From Antedon mediterranea (Eukaryota; Animalia; Echinodermata), in NCBI RefSeq assembly GCF_964355755.1, contig NC_092678.1, positions 8,572,422 to 8,636,421 on the forward strand: a stretch of 64,000 bases of DNA. Reading direction: 5' to 3'. Positions 10,461 to 21,999 of the stretch are shown here, one piece after another. The position numbers and the translations under genes were made by a program. Numbering within the stretch: position 1 is the first letter of the stretch; the number at the start of each line of letters is the position of its first letter. The notes beneath the pieces are model-generated. The model was not told the DNA's origin, did no database searches, and worked only from the letters and a program-made list of their open reading frames with translations.

Positions 10461-11038
10461 CATGAACAGAAGAAGGTAACTGACTACAAAAAAAGTAAAA
10501 TTGTTACACAAACAAGAAAGCAGTGAGCGCTTCGAAGGAACAGTCCGAAAACGAAGGTATGGCAGGAAAAAACCCCCAAAAATATATTATTCTTAAGAGT
10601 ATACATTATAATATATTTACCCCATTGTAATTTCCTGGTGAAGTTCGTAACTTTAATTATATGAATTTGCACTGTATAACACTAAATGTTATATGAGCTA
10701 GAAATATAAATAAACAACATAAACTGTTCCAATGGGTCAAAGATCAAAAAGCGGATATGTCTACTTCAGGAAATCCATCTAACAAAAGAGTGTTTGGGAA
10801 GGTGAAGCGATCCATAGTATAGGTAATTCACATAGTAGAGGAGTTTAGATACTATTAAGAAAGTGTCTTGAATGCAAAATTGTTAAAAAGGTTAATTGAT
10901 CTAATATTATATATATATATATATTTCTTAATTCAATGATAAATTGAAAAATCATTGGTCATTATAAATAAATAGGCATTGTACAGCAATGAATAAACAA
11001 ATAAAACGCAATCTAATCAATATAAAGATAATACTTAC

Positions 11039-11190
11039 TTTTTATTTTAAGAAGTAACTTGACTAAATGTTAAATCAGATTCAGTTTTGATGTTAGAACT
11101 TCGTTGAATGGATTTTCTCTGTATGCTGCTATTCTTGAATGGCTAAACTTGCTAAATTCTGATATTTTTTTTTTTGCAAGTGCATTTATA
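11039..11190 (-). promoter_or_regulatory. Candidate core promoter (TATA + Inr) and non-coding exon 1 of gene A
   Basis: TATAAAT at 11190-11184, TCAGAA initiator-like motif with its A at 11160 (30 bp downstream), and GTAAGT donor at 11038-11033. All three are conserved in copy B. Confidence 0.55.
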
Positions 11191-14142
11191 GCTTCATGAG
11201 CAAGTGTTCTCAGAGCATTCAACCAATTACATTCAAGTACCATAACACTTAATAATACTGAAAAAAGTGACGTTATAAGCTGTTAAATATTGGCAAACAA
11301 AGTCTACCGACTATGACACAGCGATATTGCGTAGATTTTTAATATACTTGGACCCAATGTTCTCGGATATCGCTTTAGGCGACGCATGCGCAGCAATAAA
11401 AGAAAAATACGAAACACTAAATTTAATTCGGTTATTCAAAGAGACACCGCATAATACATGAAAATATCCTTATCAAACCCAAATTTACACGACCGCCCCT
11501 AATTCCACTCATTCTCTAGTTTCGTTTACTATGGAAATGTTCTATATAAAACATTTTGGTGACATGACGTGCAATACGAATAGTAATATTTTTCTCAATT
11601 TTTCGCGTACGAAAAAACATTTTTACAACCATTACTGTGATTTTAAACGTAAAATCCAACAGCGCCACTCATAAAATAACAAACATTAACTCTTGTTTCG
11701 CGACGAATATGTTGGAGAAATGTACATACTAATTTAGGCCAAACAAATCATTTAATTAGCTTTAGATCCTTTGTATTATTTTAAATAATTAATGGGGAAA
11801 ACTCTACAAGACGCGGAATCGTTGGTAAAAACAGAATTAGCCTAGATCAGTTTCAATTGCCATGGCGAAGTTTCGTAATGGTATTGCTGCTGCCTTTCTA
11901 GTCTAGGTAGCCTCATCTAGGCGTTTTACTGTTGATTATTGGATCTTGGATAAGGAAGGTAATATATCAATTACTCTTAAAAAACAGAACTTTCTGTTTT
12001 CCCCAGTCACGTCTACACATTATTGGGAAACCAAAATCAACCTACCAATCATATTCCAGGACAATCTGCCTAGTACCAGTAATTAAATAAAGAATGATGC
12101 GATTAGAACTGAAACATATATATATATAGCAGTCTTCAAAATCATTACATAAACATTTATTTGACATCTTTGAAAAGTTATGAAAGTTATAAATAAAGAA
12201 TGATACGATTAAAACTGAAACAATTATATAGCAGTCTTCATTCAACATCAGTACATAAACATTTATTTGACATCTTTGAAAGGTTACGAAAGTTAAACAA
12301 GTCGTAAAGTAAACTTATTTTTAGACGATCCTGTCGTAGAGTAGTCTGTGCTCTGACATTGTCATAAGCCATGGATATAATCTAGGCCTACATCTAATCT
12401 ACATTATCCTTGTGCAAACAGAGAGTCAAATACAAAGAGTTTTTTTTCTGATTGGGTTATCCTTGCCTGGGGAGTTCTACACATATAGGGCACTACCCTT
12501 GCCCTGTTATTTTGTATGCTCTATTAATAGTTCACTGTCGGATTGTGTAGATACAAGCAAAAAAAGCACTTTACTCAATCAAGTCCATTTTGTAAATCAA
12601 AAATCCCATTACTTACCTGCCAATGAATGGAATCGAATATTCGATTAAATATGAATCGAATATCTGGCGGTTTAAAGACACCTCGAATATAGAGCAAGTT
12701 CATATTCATTTTTGTAGATTGGTAAACATGTGCCCAACATCTCAACCCTTGCCGAAATGGGACGATTTTCTTTATCAATAACATGTTTACTTATGTTTAC
12801 TTAGATATTGTTATGTATTTTTTAAACCGACAAAAGTTGATTTCTTTCAGTGTTATGATTTACAAATCAAAATAGAGAGAAATAAAAATCGTTAAAAATC
12901 GACATAGTGAGCTGTAGCAACTAACATGACTGTAGAAAAAAGAAGAAAGAATTTGTAATGTTTGTAACATAACAACAATTTAGTTGAAAATGAAGTTTAT
13001 TTTTATTACAATGTCCTTTATATATTAATTTAAGAAAACAATTACTTCCATCTTTTAATCTCAAATTCCCTTCTGTTGAAATTTATTTTATAAATGTCAA
13101 GTAAAAAAATAAAATATTTATTCTAACCTAAGTTAGTGAAAGCATTATTTAACGCACACATAAGTTTATTTTATATTGATGTATTCGAGAAAATTGCCTA
13201 TGTATAATAAATGGCTAAGGTAATGCTCCCAGGTAAGAAAAAAAAAAGATGCAGGGGTTCATGTCTGCAAGTATGTTGACGACATATCTTTGGGCGAGTT
13301 TCTTAAACTTGGTGACAATAGTAATCTCACCTTGGCCATTGATAATAAAATAAAACTCAATCCATCTAAATGTCTGACTTTACAGACCGATTTTGGCCTA
13401 GAAAGACTTCTAGACGTGTATATCTACTACTTGTTGACGGGAGGATAAATACCAATTGACGGAGTTAAAAGCTACCTCCATCTAGACTCGGGAACTTAAC
13501 ATGTGGGCCAAATACAGTTCTGACTTTTCGCAGGAATTAGCTTCTAAAGAGTTACGTAATCGACCCCTTGCGGAATATTTACATATTTTTTCCCAATATT
13601 TTCTGCGGATAGTACGCGTGCAAGAGTAGATCATTTCTGGATATTATTGTATCAGGCAGAGGTGAGTATGTATCTTAAATGAATCGGGTCATTTGAAAGC
13701 CTCTATCCCAGTTGTCAGTTTGGAACTTGTTACATGATATGTAAATGTTGAGCCAGACGAAGTTGTCACCGAAAGCAGGCATGTGTTGCGATCTATTGCT
13801 GTTACCCAGCTGGCCAATAGCATTATATATGCACTGTACCATACTAGATGAAATACCCGTCCCAAAGAAGGTACCTCTTTCCATCACAAACCAGTAGACA
13901 AATTCCGGATGTTGAAATCCCATTACTCCAAACTCACACCCTCTATGTGACGGTTTTTTAAACGTAGCTTAAAACATTCCAGTAGGATAGACCTTCAATT
14001 CCGTATTCCATAACCCACCTTCTCGGAGAAAAAAATATTCTCAGTACAATTCTGATCATTTTGACACCTCACTGCCCATCAGTCTCAACCTATCCTCATG
14101 AAAATTACATTTACTTCAATTATTAATACCGTTAATTAACAG

Positions 14143-14680
14143 GGTTGTGCTCAATTTAATCGTATGAAAATGAGATTCAAGCAATTAACTTGAAATATTG
14201 ATGAACTTGATTATCTTCCGCAATATTTCAATAATGATATAATAATGGTTAAATTTGTTAAAATACATTTTTGACATTATAATCTGCCATCAGTATAGAG
14301 AGTTCCTTTCCTGCTTTCGTGTTGATCTCTTGTATGTATGTGGATGTGTATAGGATGTACAGGATGGGAACGATAGTATACGACATTTTCACATGAATAT
14401 GTTGTTGTGCTCAATTTAATCGTATGAAAATGAGATTCAAGCAATTAACTTGAAATATTGATGAACTTGATTATCTTCCGCAATATTTCAATAATGATAT
14501 AATAATGGTTAAATTTGTTAAATTTGCTTATAAGTTGTTAAAATACATTTTTGACATTATAACCTGCCATCAGTATAGAGAGTTCCTTTCCTGCTTTCGT
14601 GTTGATCTCTTGTATGTATGTGGATGTGTATAGGATTTACAGGATGGGAACGATAGTATACGACATTTTCACATGAATAA
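14143..14680. repeat. Local ~260-bp tandem duplication
   Basis: 14143-14399 is repeated at 14403-14680. The paralogous region (~42950-43220) has a single copy. Confidence 0.8.
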
Positions 14681-15081
14681 AATGTATGCTTTTCATTCAA
14701 TGTTACAAAACTAATTTCAGCAACAATATCGAATATTTACACCATCTGGTTTAAAAATCTTGTGTGTGGGTTTCCGTGGTCTACAAATATTGTGATTTAA
14801 AAAACAAATTATATACTAGAATAAATCTGCCTACCAGGAATAAAGTAAATACAAAAACTGAAACCGTTTTAAACTTCATTTAATAAACATTTATTTGACA
14901 TCATTGAAAGGTTATTAAGGTGCTACAAGTTGTAAAAATAGATAATGTTTTCGACTCAGAACAAAGTTGCCAGCAACAAAATTATTGACTCCTCATCATC
15001 ATTAAATAAACTTTTATTTGACATCATTGAAAGGTTATACAAAGTTTAACAAGTTATACAAAAACATTTAGTATCCCGCCC

Positions 15082-15934
15082 GCGATTTTTTTTTTCGTAC
15101 ATAAGTTGGGGACCCCCTCATGAAACGTCACAAAATAAACATGAATAATTCATCAGTTAAATGTGTTGTTCCGTGTGCACCCAAGCGTATAGCAACAAGA
15201 AGCGATTACACAACTGCGATACGATACTTTCTACAGTAGGCCAAGGATTCTAAGTCAATTCACGCGATTGCCTTCGCGCACTCTTCTTCACACAAAATGT
15301 GTCGAGTCGAGGCTAATCGACAGCTAGGCAAGACATTAAACTAAGTAGTAATTCATTGGACATAGCCCAAAGAAAGCTTAGACTTATCAAACAATGCATT
15401 TACTCAAAGGAACTTTAAAAATGCGCGTATATGAACACATGAGATGGGAAGATTAGACCCACGAGAATAAAAACTGTATTTTTGTGTAATGTTTATTGTT
15501 TAATTTTGCTGACTTATTACTCGGATTGTGTCATACCTATAACACACACACACACACCCACACACACACAGCTCTACTAGAATAGACATATGTTTAGAGA
15601 CTAATAAATAGGCCTAGGCCTAATAGTATTAATAGAAACTATAATTTTAACACGTAATTCTTTAGTAATAAATTATATTAAAAACACTATCATAAACTAA
15701 AGGCTGATTATTTCGACAATCCACACAAAACGCCGCTATTCTTCTATGAAATCGCACGCCGCAACAACAGCGCGGAGATAGGCCTAGAATCGTACCGCAC
15801 TTGTGTAATCACTTCTTGTTGCTATACGCTTGGGTGCACACGGAACAAGAACATTTAACTGATGAATTATTCATGTTTATTTTGTGACGTTTCATGAGGG
15901 GGTCCCCAACTTATGTACGAAAAAAAAAAATCGC
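15082..15934. mobile_element. Mutator-like MITE, long TIRs, 9-bp TSD
   Basis: TIR gcgatttttttttcgtacataagttggggaccc..., TSD atcccgccc. Empty paralogous site at ~43611 (gtatcccgccctcta). Confidence 0.85.
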
Positions 15935-16279
15935 ATCCCGCCCTCTATAACAATTCAAATGGAAAACGTTTTTCAGGCAATTAAATTAATCATCTCTCTT
16001 TTTTTAAATTAAATTTTATTTAAAAAGAATATATATATTTGAAATTAAAACGACAATAAGACAATAAGGGAAAAGAGAGGGCTCACGGTTTTTGATTGGT
16101 TGACGCGAATCAACACACTGCAGAAGAAAGTACCGTGAAATTACGTTGTCTCTGAGGACTGATATGTTAAAACTTACGTAAAAAATTCTAGGGACGTTTT
16201 TGTAAGAAAAAGAAATTCTTGTTTAGATATGCTAAATTTAGGTCTAATATCATATTCTATTCTATGCTCTTCATCTGTT

Positions 16280-17045
16280 TAAAATGTCAGGGTATCCGAG
16301 CTACTTGACGTTATGATACTGCTTATTGGATTTACATTAACAACTAACCAATCACAAACGAGGATAATCTGCCTACCAGAAATAAAGAATAGCATGACAA
16401 CAAACTTCTTATCTTATATAACAGTAGGCCTACAGTTATACTCTTAACCTGTTTAATATTTCAGGATATCCGAGCTACTTGACGTTGTGCTACTGCTTAT
16501 TGAAACATTTCCACTGTTTTTAATTTACAACCAACCAATCAAAAACTAGGATAATCTGCCTACCAGAAATAAAGAATAGCATGACAACGAACTTTGACAT
16601 CTTTGAAACACTAACAGGGTTTTAACAAAATGACCTGACTACAATTCGCCTATAATGCAAATTCGCCGTCCGTGTAGTCAAATGGTTTAGACTATAGACT
16701 TTGCATGTTGATGTTAGGGGTTCAAATCCCATGAGCAACTCATTTTTATTTTATAGTGAGAGAGATTATTTAGAGGGTTAGGTTAAGTTATATTTTCCTC
16801 CTTGATCCACAACTATGTACGAAAAAATATCGCATCCCGCCTGCTATAACAATTCAAATTTAGGTATAGTATCATATTCTATCCTATAGTCTTAACCTGT
16901 TTAATATTTCAGGATAGCCGAGCTACTTTATGTTGCTTATTGGAAAATTGCCACTGTTTTTAATTTACAACCAACCAATCACAAACTAGGATAATCTGCC
17001 TACCAGAAAAAAAGAATAGCATGACAACAAACTTCTTATCTTAAT
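16280..17045 (+). repeat. Degenerate ~165-180-bp repeats (ggtatccgagctact...accaatcacaaactaggataatctgcctaccagaaataaagaatagcatg)
   Basis: Units start at ~16288, ~16460 and ~16910. Paralogous units lie at ~44798, ~44978 and ~45820. Confidence 0.75.
16665..16740 (+). mobile_element. tRNA-derived SINE head / tRNA pseudogene
   Basis: A-box-like tagtcaaatgg and B-box-like ggttcaaatccc, with poor stems. Paralogous copy at ~45197-45270. Confidence 0.45.
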
Positions 17046-17047
17046 AA

Positions 17048-18130
17048 CGCACACATTGCGATTGACTTCACAATGGAATTTGCCCATAATAACTCTGTAA
17101 ATTTCTTAGGAATGGTCATTTCCAAAATATCTGATAGTTTATTAGAAACTAAAGTGTATAGGAAACCTACAAACAAGGGACCTTTTCTGCATTATGATAG
17201 CCATGTCGATAACAAACATAAGAAAAATCTTGTACATACTATGCTTAATCGAGCATACAAGTTGTCATTTACTAATGACATCTTTCTTGAAGAAGTTCAA
17301 GATATTTCTAAGATGTTTAACAAATTAAGATATCCTGTTAAAACTAACTAATAGGATAATTAAAGATTTTAAAGAATCTATTGTTAATCTTCATAACAAT
17401 GATAACCATATTACTATTAGTAAAAGATAGTGCTGAACCTATAATTAGAATTGTTCTTCTTTTTAAGGATCAAACCTGTTCTAACAGTGACGAAACATCT
17501 TAAACAACTTAGATGAAAGTTAAACAATAATATTATGCCAGTTTTTACTAGTAAGGAAAGAAAGTTAGGTGAAATTCTTAAATTTAAGGAAAGAAAACCT
17601 ATGATTGTAAATCAGCAATGCGTTGTATATACATTTCAATGTGGTTTGTGCGATGCAAAACCATGACGGCTATACTTGTCGGCATCTATCAACGTATAGA
17701 TGAACACAATAAAGGCATCATAGGAGAGCAATTAAAGCAACATAATATACGTCCTATTGAAACTTTTAATCATTTCAGGATATTGTCTAAGTGCAAATCC
17801 AAATTTGATTGTTTAATTAAGGAAATGCTTTTGATCAAAGAACTGAAACCTACACTTAATAAATACAAATCGATTCAGTCAAAGCTAAATTGTTTATTAA
17901 TTAAGAAGGAGGGAGTTAATAACTTAAGTTCGTAGAATTGTAGGCCTTCTTTGATGTTAATTAACCAATTAATTAATATTTCCTGTCACCCATTGGTGTT
18001 TGTTATTTTTGTATAATTCGATCACTTGATCTTGAAAATGGTTCCATGATGGTTCCGAAACGTCGATCTTCTTCTTTTTTGTCATTAAATTTTATTGTAA
18101 AGTGTTCACATTACTATATTATTATTATAA
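17048..18130 (+). mobile_element. 5'-truncated, degenerate Penelope-like retroelement (RT thumb + GIY-YIG endonuclease)
   Basis: FTME..NFLG..TKVYRKPT..LHYDSH..LVHTMLNRA, then VYTFQCGLCDA..QRIDEH..LIKEMLLIKELKPTLN, with frameshifts and stops. 3' end has cttgaaaatgg...ccgaaacgtcg. Absent from copy B (~44940). Confidence 0.85.
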
Positions 18131-18653
18131 ATAAATATATGTTGTGTATATAGGATATGTTTTAGCAGCAATTGTGATTATATCAACATATCCAGACTAT
18201 TGCACCTGTTTTTGTTCCACAAATAATTGTAATCATTTGGGCTCACGGCGGTGTACAAAATAATTATTCAAAAAACAACCACAAAATAGTACAACCTGCC
18301 TTGTACCAAAATAAATAACTCTTCAACATCATTAAATAAACATTTATTTGACATAATTGAAAACAATAATGATAATGAATTAATGTTTGTCAGTATTCCG
18401 CCCTCAATAACAATCAAAATGAAAAAAAAATTGTTCAGCCATTTCAAAAATACAAAAATTTCATTTTGTTTGTAATATATAGGAAGTTCAAATTATACAA
18501 CAGTATGTATAAAATACAAACATAGCAGTACACACCGTAATTGCAATAGGTCTTTATCATATTATAGAAAATGAACTACTAGCGACTTTGGGGATAAGAA
18601 CTACATGATATGGGAAACTATATATGAGGAAATCTGTGAGAATGAGAAAAAGT

Positions 18654-18720
18654 CGCCCCAACCGAGACTCGAACCGTCTGCTTGATATGCAGTTGCCCTA
18701 ACCATTAGACCACTGGGGCT
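18654..18720 (-). mobile_element. tRNA-derived SINE head / tRNA-like relic
   Basis: Minus strand gccccagtggtctaatggttagggc...ggttcgagtctcggttggggc has A and B boxes but a deleted variable region. Confidence 0.45.
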
Positions 18721-18921
18721 TTAATGGTATTGTTCAAACTCGATTGGATAGCGACTCTTTACCACTCTCGGCGTGGTAGGTACGGCGGAACAGGCACTAA
18801 TACTCAGTTGTACGCACGCGCACCAGAGATCAAATTGATACGCCCTCATCTTTCGGTATTTTTATTCACGAGGCGGGATCTCCGAAGAGATACTTTTATA
18901 TATATAAACAAATGAGGCAAA

Positions 18922-18960
<39 letters not shown>

Positions 18961-19857
18961 TTTGTTTCATTTCCCAACCAACAGTGAGCGCATGGTTCAT
19001 CACTTACAGGAGGATATGAACAGTTGATTAAATGGCAAGGTGGACAGTTCTTAGGTACATGTCTTAATGAACTTGACATATATCTGATCGGGGCCAAGAA
19101 GTTTGACTGTATTGAGTTGCACATGAACTCACCTTATGGTTTTAAGGCAATCTAACAACAGGACACTGGAGCTCCCTTGCCAAGATAGGTTATCGTGTAA
19201 CTGACTTTGATCTGCGGTTAGGCCTCGACGAATTCTTAAAAAGCAGTCGAATTCTAGGCTATGTATTTTAGAAGAGATATTAATAAAAAAAATATTGTCA
19301 TTTTGTGATCCAACACCGAGCTGCTAAAGGTCATTGGCGTGAATAATACAAATACAAGCAAAATACGCCAAAAGAAAGCCTAAAAAGTTAATAATGGAGT
19401 AACTCTACTCTGACCGATTCTATGAAATTAAAAAAGGAAAAAAATATATTGATACTTACGACGTCTCAAGGGAACTCAAAAAAGTACCATCACAATACTT
19501 TTTTTCCTTCATTAATACATTGTTATGCTAATTAACAAATACATTTGTTAATATTACCTACCTACACTATTTTTACTCCAACTTAGGAATGTTTAAAACC
19601 TTTATATTTTTTATTCAAACAGTCCACCAGCCTAAATTGATCTCATTATTTATTAACTATTCAGTTCAATCAACGCCTGGAAATGACCCAGACGTTGCAC
19701 CGGATTGTGATTTACCTATACCTGAACTTCGGACAATTGATATTAGTATTAATAGGCTTGTTAACTTCTCTGTCAAATGGCTTGTTGCCTTCTAATTGAA
19801 AACTATCCAACCTAACTCCCACCTATAAAATTACCAATTACAGACTGATTGCCTTAA

Positions 19858-20450
19858 AGGCCAGGTGCGGGCAAAAAATTTATATTGATCATACATTCCA
19901 ATAATTATCGATCTATAGTTTCCCCTATGTTTCATAATTTTTGGGATTTTATTTGTGTTACACAAGCTTTTTGAAAATTAGCACTTTCTTATCAGTGGGG
20001 GATAGTTCAAATTACACAGTAAAATCTCTATTCTTTTGTACACAAATTTTGAAAATAGAGAGGCATTTTAAAAAGCTATGAAAAATAAACGGTGTGGTAA
20101 AAAATGTTATCAGATGACTAAATATAGGTAATATAACTTGAATTTTACATTTCTGGTATTTTTATTCAACTTCAGAATTTTATTTTCATGCTATAGCAAA
20201 AATTATCCACCGTATATCCACTATCTTTTTTCACCTTCTAGGGAGTCACCAGACATGTTATTACATTATGTTAACTACCTAACTACTGAAAAAAAGTCTT
20301 CCTAGTTTTTTTGGCAGAATTTTGCCAAATTTTGTGTTTGACCATATTAGGGGAAATTCATGTTTTTTCGTCTTGATTTCTGTTACAAATATTAGATTTA
20401 TGTACAATTAACCAGATATTATGTTTAAAATTCATGCCTGTACCTGAGCT
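19858..20450. mobile_element. TTAA-flanked (Kolobok-like) non-autonomous DNA transposon
   Basis: TTAA|aggccaggtgcgggca ... tgcctgtacctgagct|TTAA. A second family member starts at 63556. Confidence 0.7.
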
Positions 20451-20479
20451 TTAACTTCTGTCATATGTAAATTACTCGA

Positions 20480-21003
20480 AAGTTCATTGTAAAAGCAATA
20501 CCCACATTACAAAATATGGGCTTGGTAATGTTTATCAAATTCTTCAACGACTACAGAACTCGGATGCTCGTATCATTACGTTCACTAACCTTCGCTCTCA
20601 CATTTCACCTGTTCTTCGAGAACTTCACTGGCTCCCCATTGACAATCGAATCAAATTTAAAATCTTGCTCCTTACTTTTAAAGCACTTCTTTTTAACCAA
20701 CCTGCTTACATCCGTCAATTAATCACCTTTTATGTTCCTGGACGGAATCTTAGATCATCTGATGATTTCTTATTCTCTGTTCCACGCACAGCCACTAAAA
20801 CCTTTGGTCATAGATCGTTTTCTTTTGCAGCACCCACACTCTGGAATTCACTCCCCCCACAATTAAACACTGCTCTTCTGTTGCCTTATTATTTAAAAAA
20901 TCACTCAAAACTCATTTTTTCGACCACTAACATGCACAGCGCCTTTGATTTTGTACCTCGGTAATTGACGCTTTATAAATATTGATATATAATAATAATA
21001 AAT
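20480..21003 (+). mobile_element. 3' end of L2-clade LINE
   Basis: HISPVLRELHWLPIDNRIKFKILLLTFKAL...RNLRS...FGHRSFSFAAPTLWNSLP followed by a (taa)n tail. Confidence 0.85.
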
Positions 21004-21005
21004 AA

Positions 21006-21330
21006 ATGAATAGGAAATCATGTGTTACGCAGTTATCTAATGCCATTTACGATTGGTCCAAAACTTTGGATGCCAGAAAGCCTCATAGGGTCTATCTTGT
21101 GTCCCTTGATTTTAAAAAGGCCTTTGACCTTTTGCCTCATGATATCCTTTTTTTTAATTCTCCACTAAATTTAACAATTGAGGTGCTACCTAGGACTGGG
21201 TACAATCCTTCTTAACATTCCGTTTCCAGCGCGTTGTTTATATGGGATCGAAATCGCAATAGGCCTGTTACGTCGGGGATCCCACATGTGTCCGTTCTAG
21301 GGCCTTTGTTTTTCAAAACCTAAACTAACC
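21006..21330 (+). mobile_element. Degenerate LINE RT fragment
   Basis: KSCVTQL...LDFKKAFDLLPH...; relic of the GxPQGSVLGPL motif. Confidence 0.65.
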
Positions 21331-21999
21331 TGTGATTCCATTCTGCAAAACATGCATGTCAATCCCAGATATTTAAATAGCCTTACTTTTAAACACCATG
21401 TCCATAGAACCAATGCGCTTAAATACTCAATCGTACACGACTTTCCCTACCTATATTTCTTTTTAACGAACTTAAATACTCTGTTGTCTTGGATTCTCTT
21501 CAAACTGTTTGATTTAAGTTAATTACGGTACATATTACATGAGCAATAACTTTGAACCTTTCTTATAATTGTAATTTTTGATGATATGATTGAAATTATC
21601 TGTGCAACATAAATCATATGACCATATCCTATCCGAGTTTTGCTTGTTTTATAAGATCTCTTTTCTGTTTTATCTTCTCTTTTAATGTTTTTTATATTTA
21701 AATAACTATTTTGTCTATAGAATTTGTTATATTAATATTTTCCTAATTGTAAATTTATTTACTAATCTTTAAAATCTTGTAAATATCCAATAGACTATGT
21801 TGTATTTTTTAAAAATGATTTAAAAAAAAAGCATTTTTATGTATAACTATTTTGTTTAAATTTCATCCTCTGCCGTGATGGAGTAACCGGTCCGTGGGTT
21901 GAAGTTTTAATTTAAACTGTGGTTATTCCTTGCCCTCTCAGATTGTGTATTTCTTTATGGCTAATAACATGAAATGACAGGTGTTAATAATATGGCCTA

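Noticed and set aside
11380-11900. NRF1-like (cgcatgcgca) and CRE-like (tgacgt) motifs as a divergent promoter
   Set aside because: The NRF1-like site is mutated in copy B, and part of the region matches a dispersed repeat at ~49340-49560; insufficient support.
16665-18720. Functional tRNA genes at 16665, 18654, 41110 and 45197
   Set aside because: A/B boxes are present but stems are broken or the variable arm is missing; better explained as SINE heads or pseudogenes.
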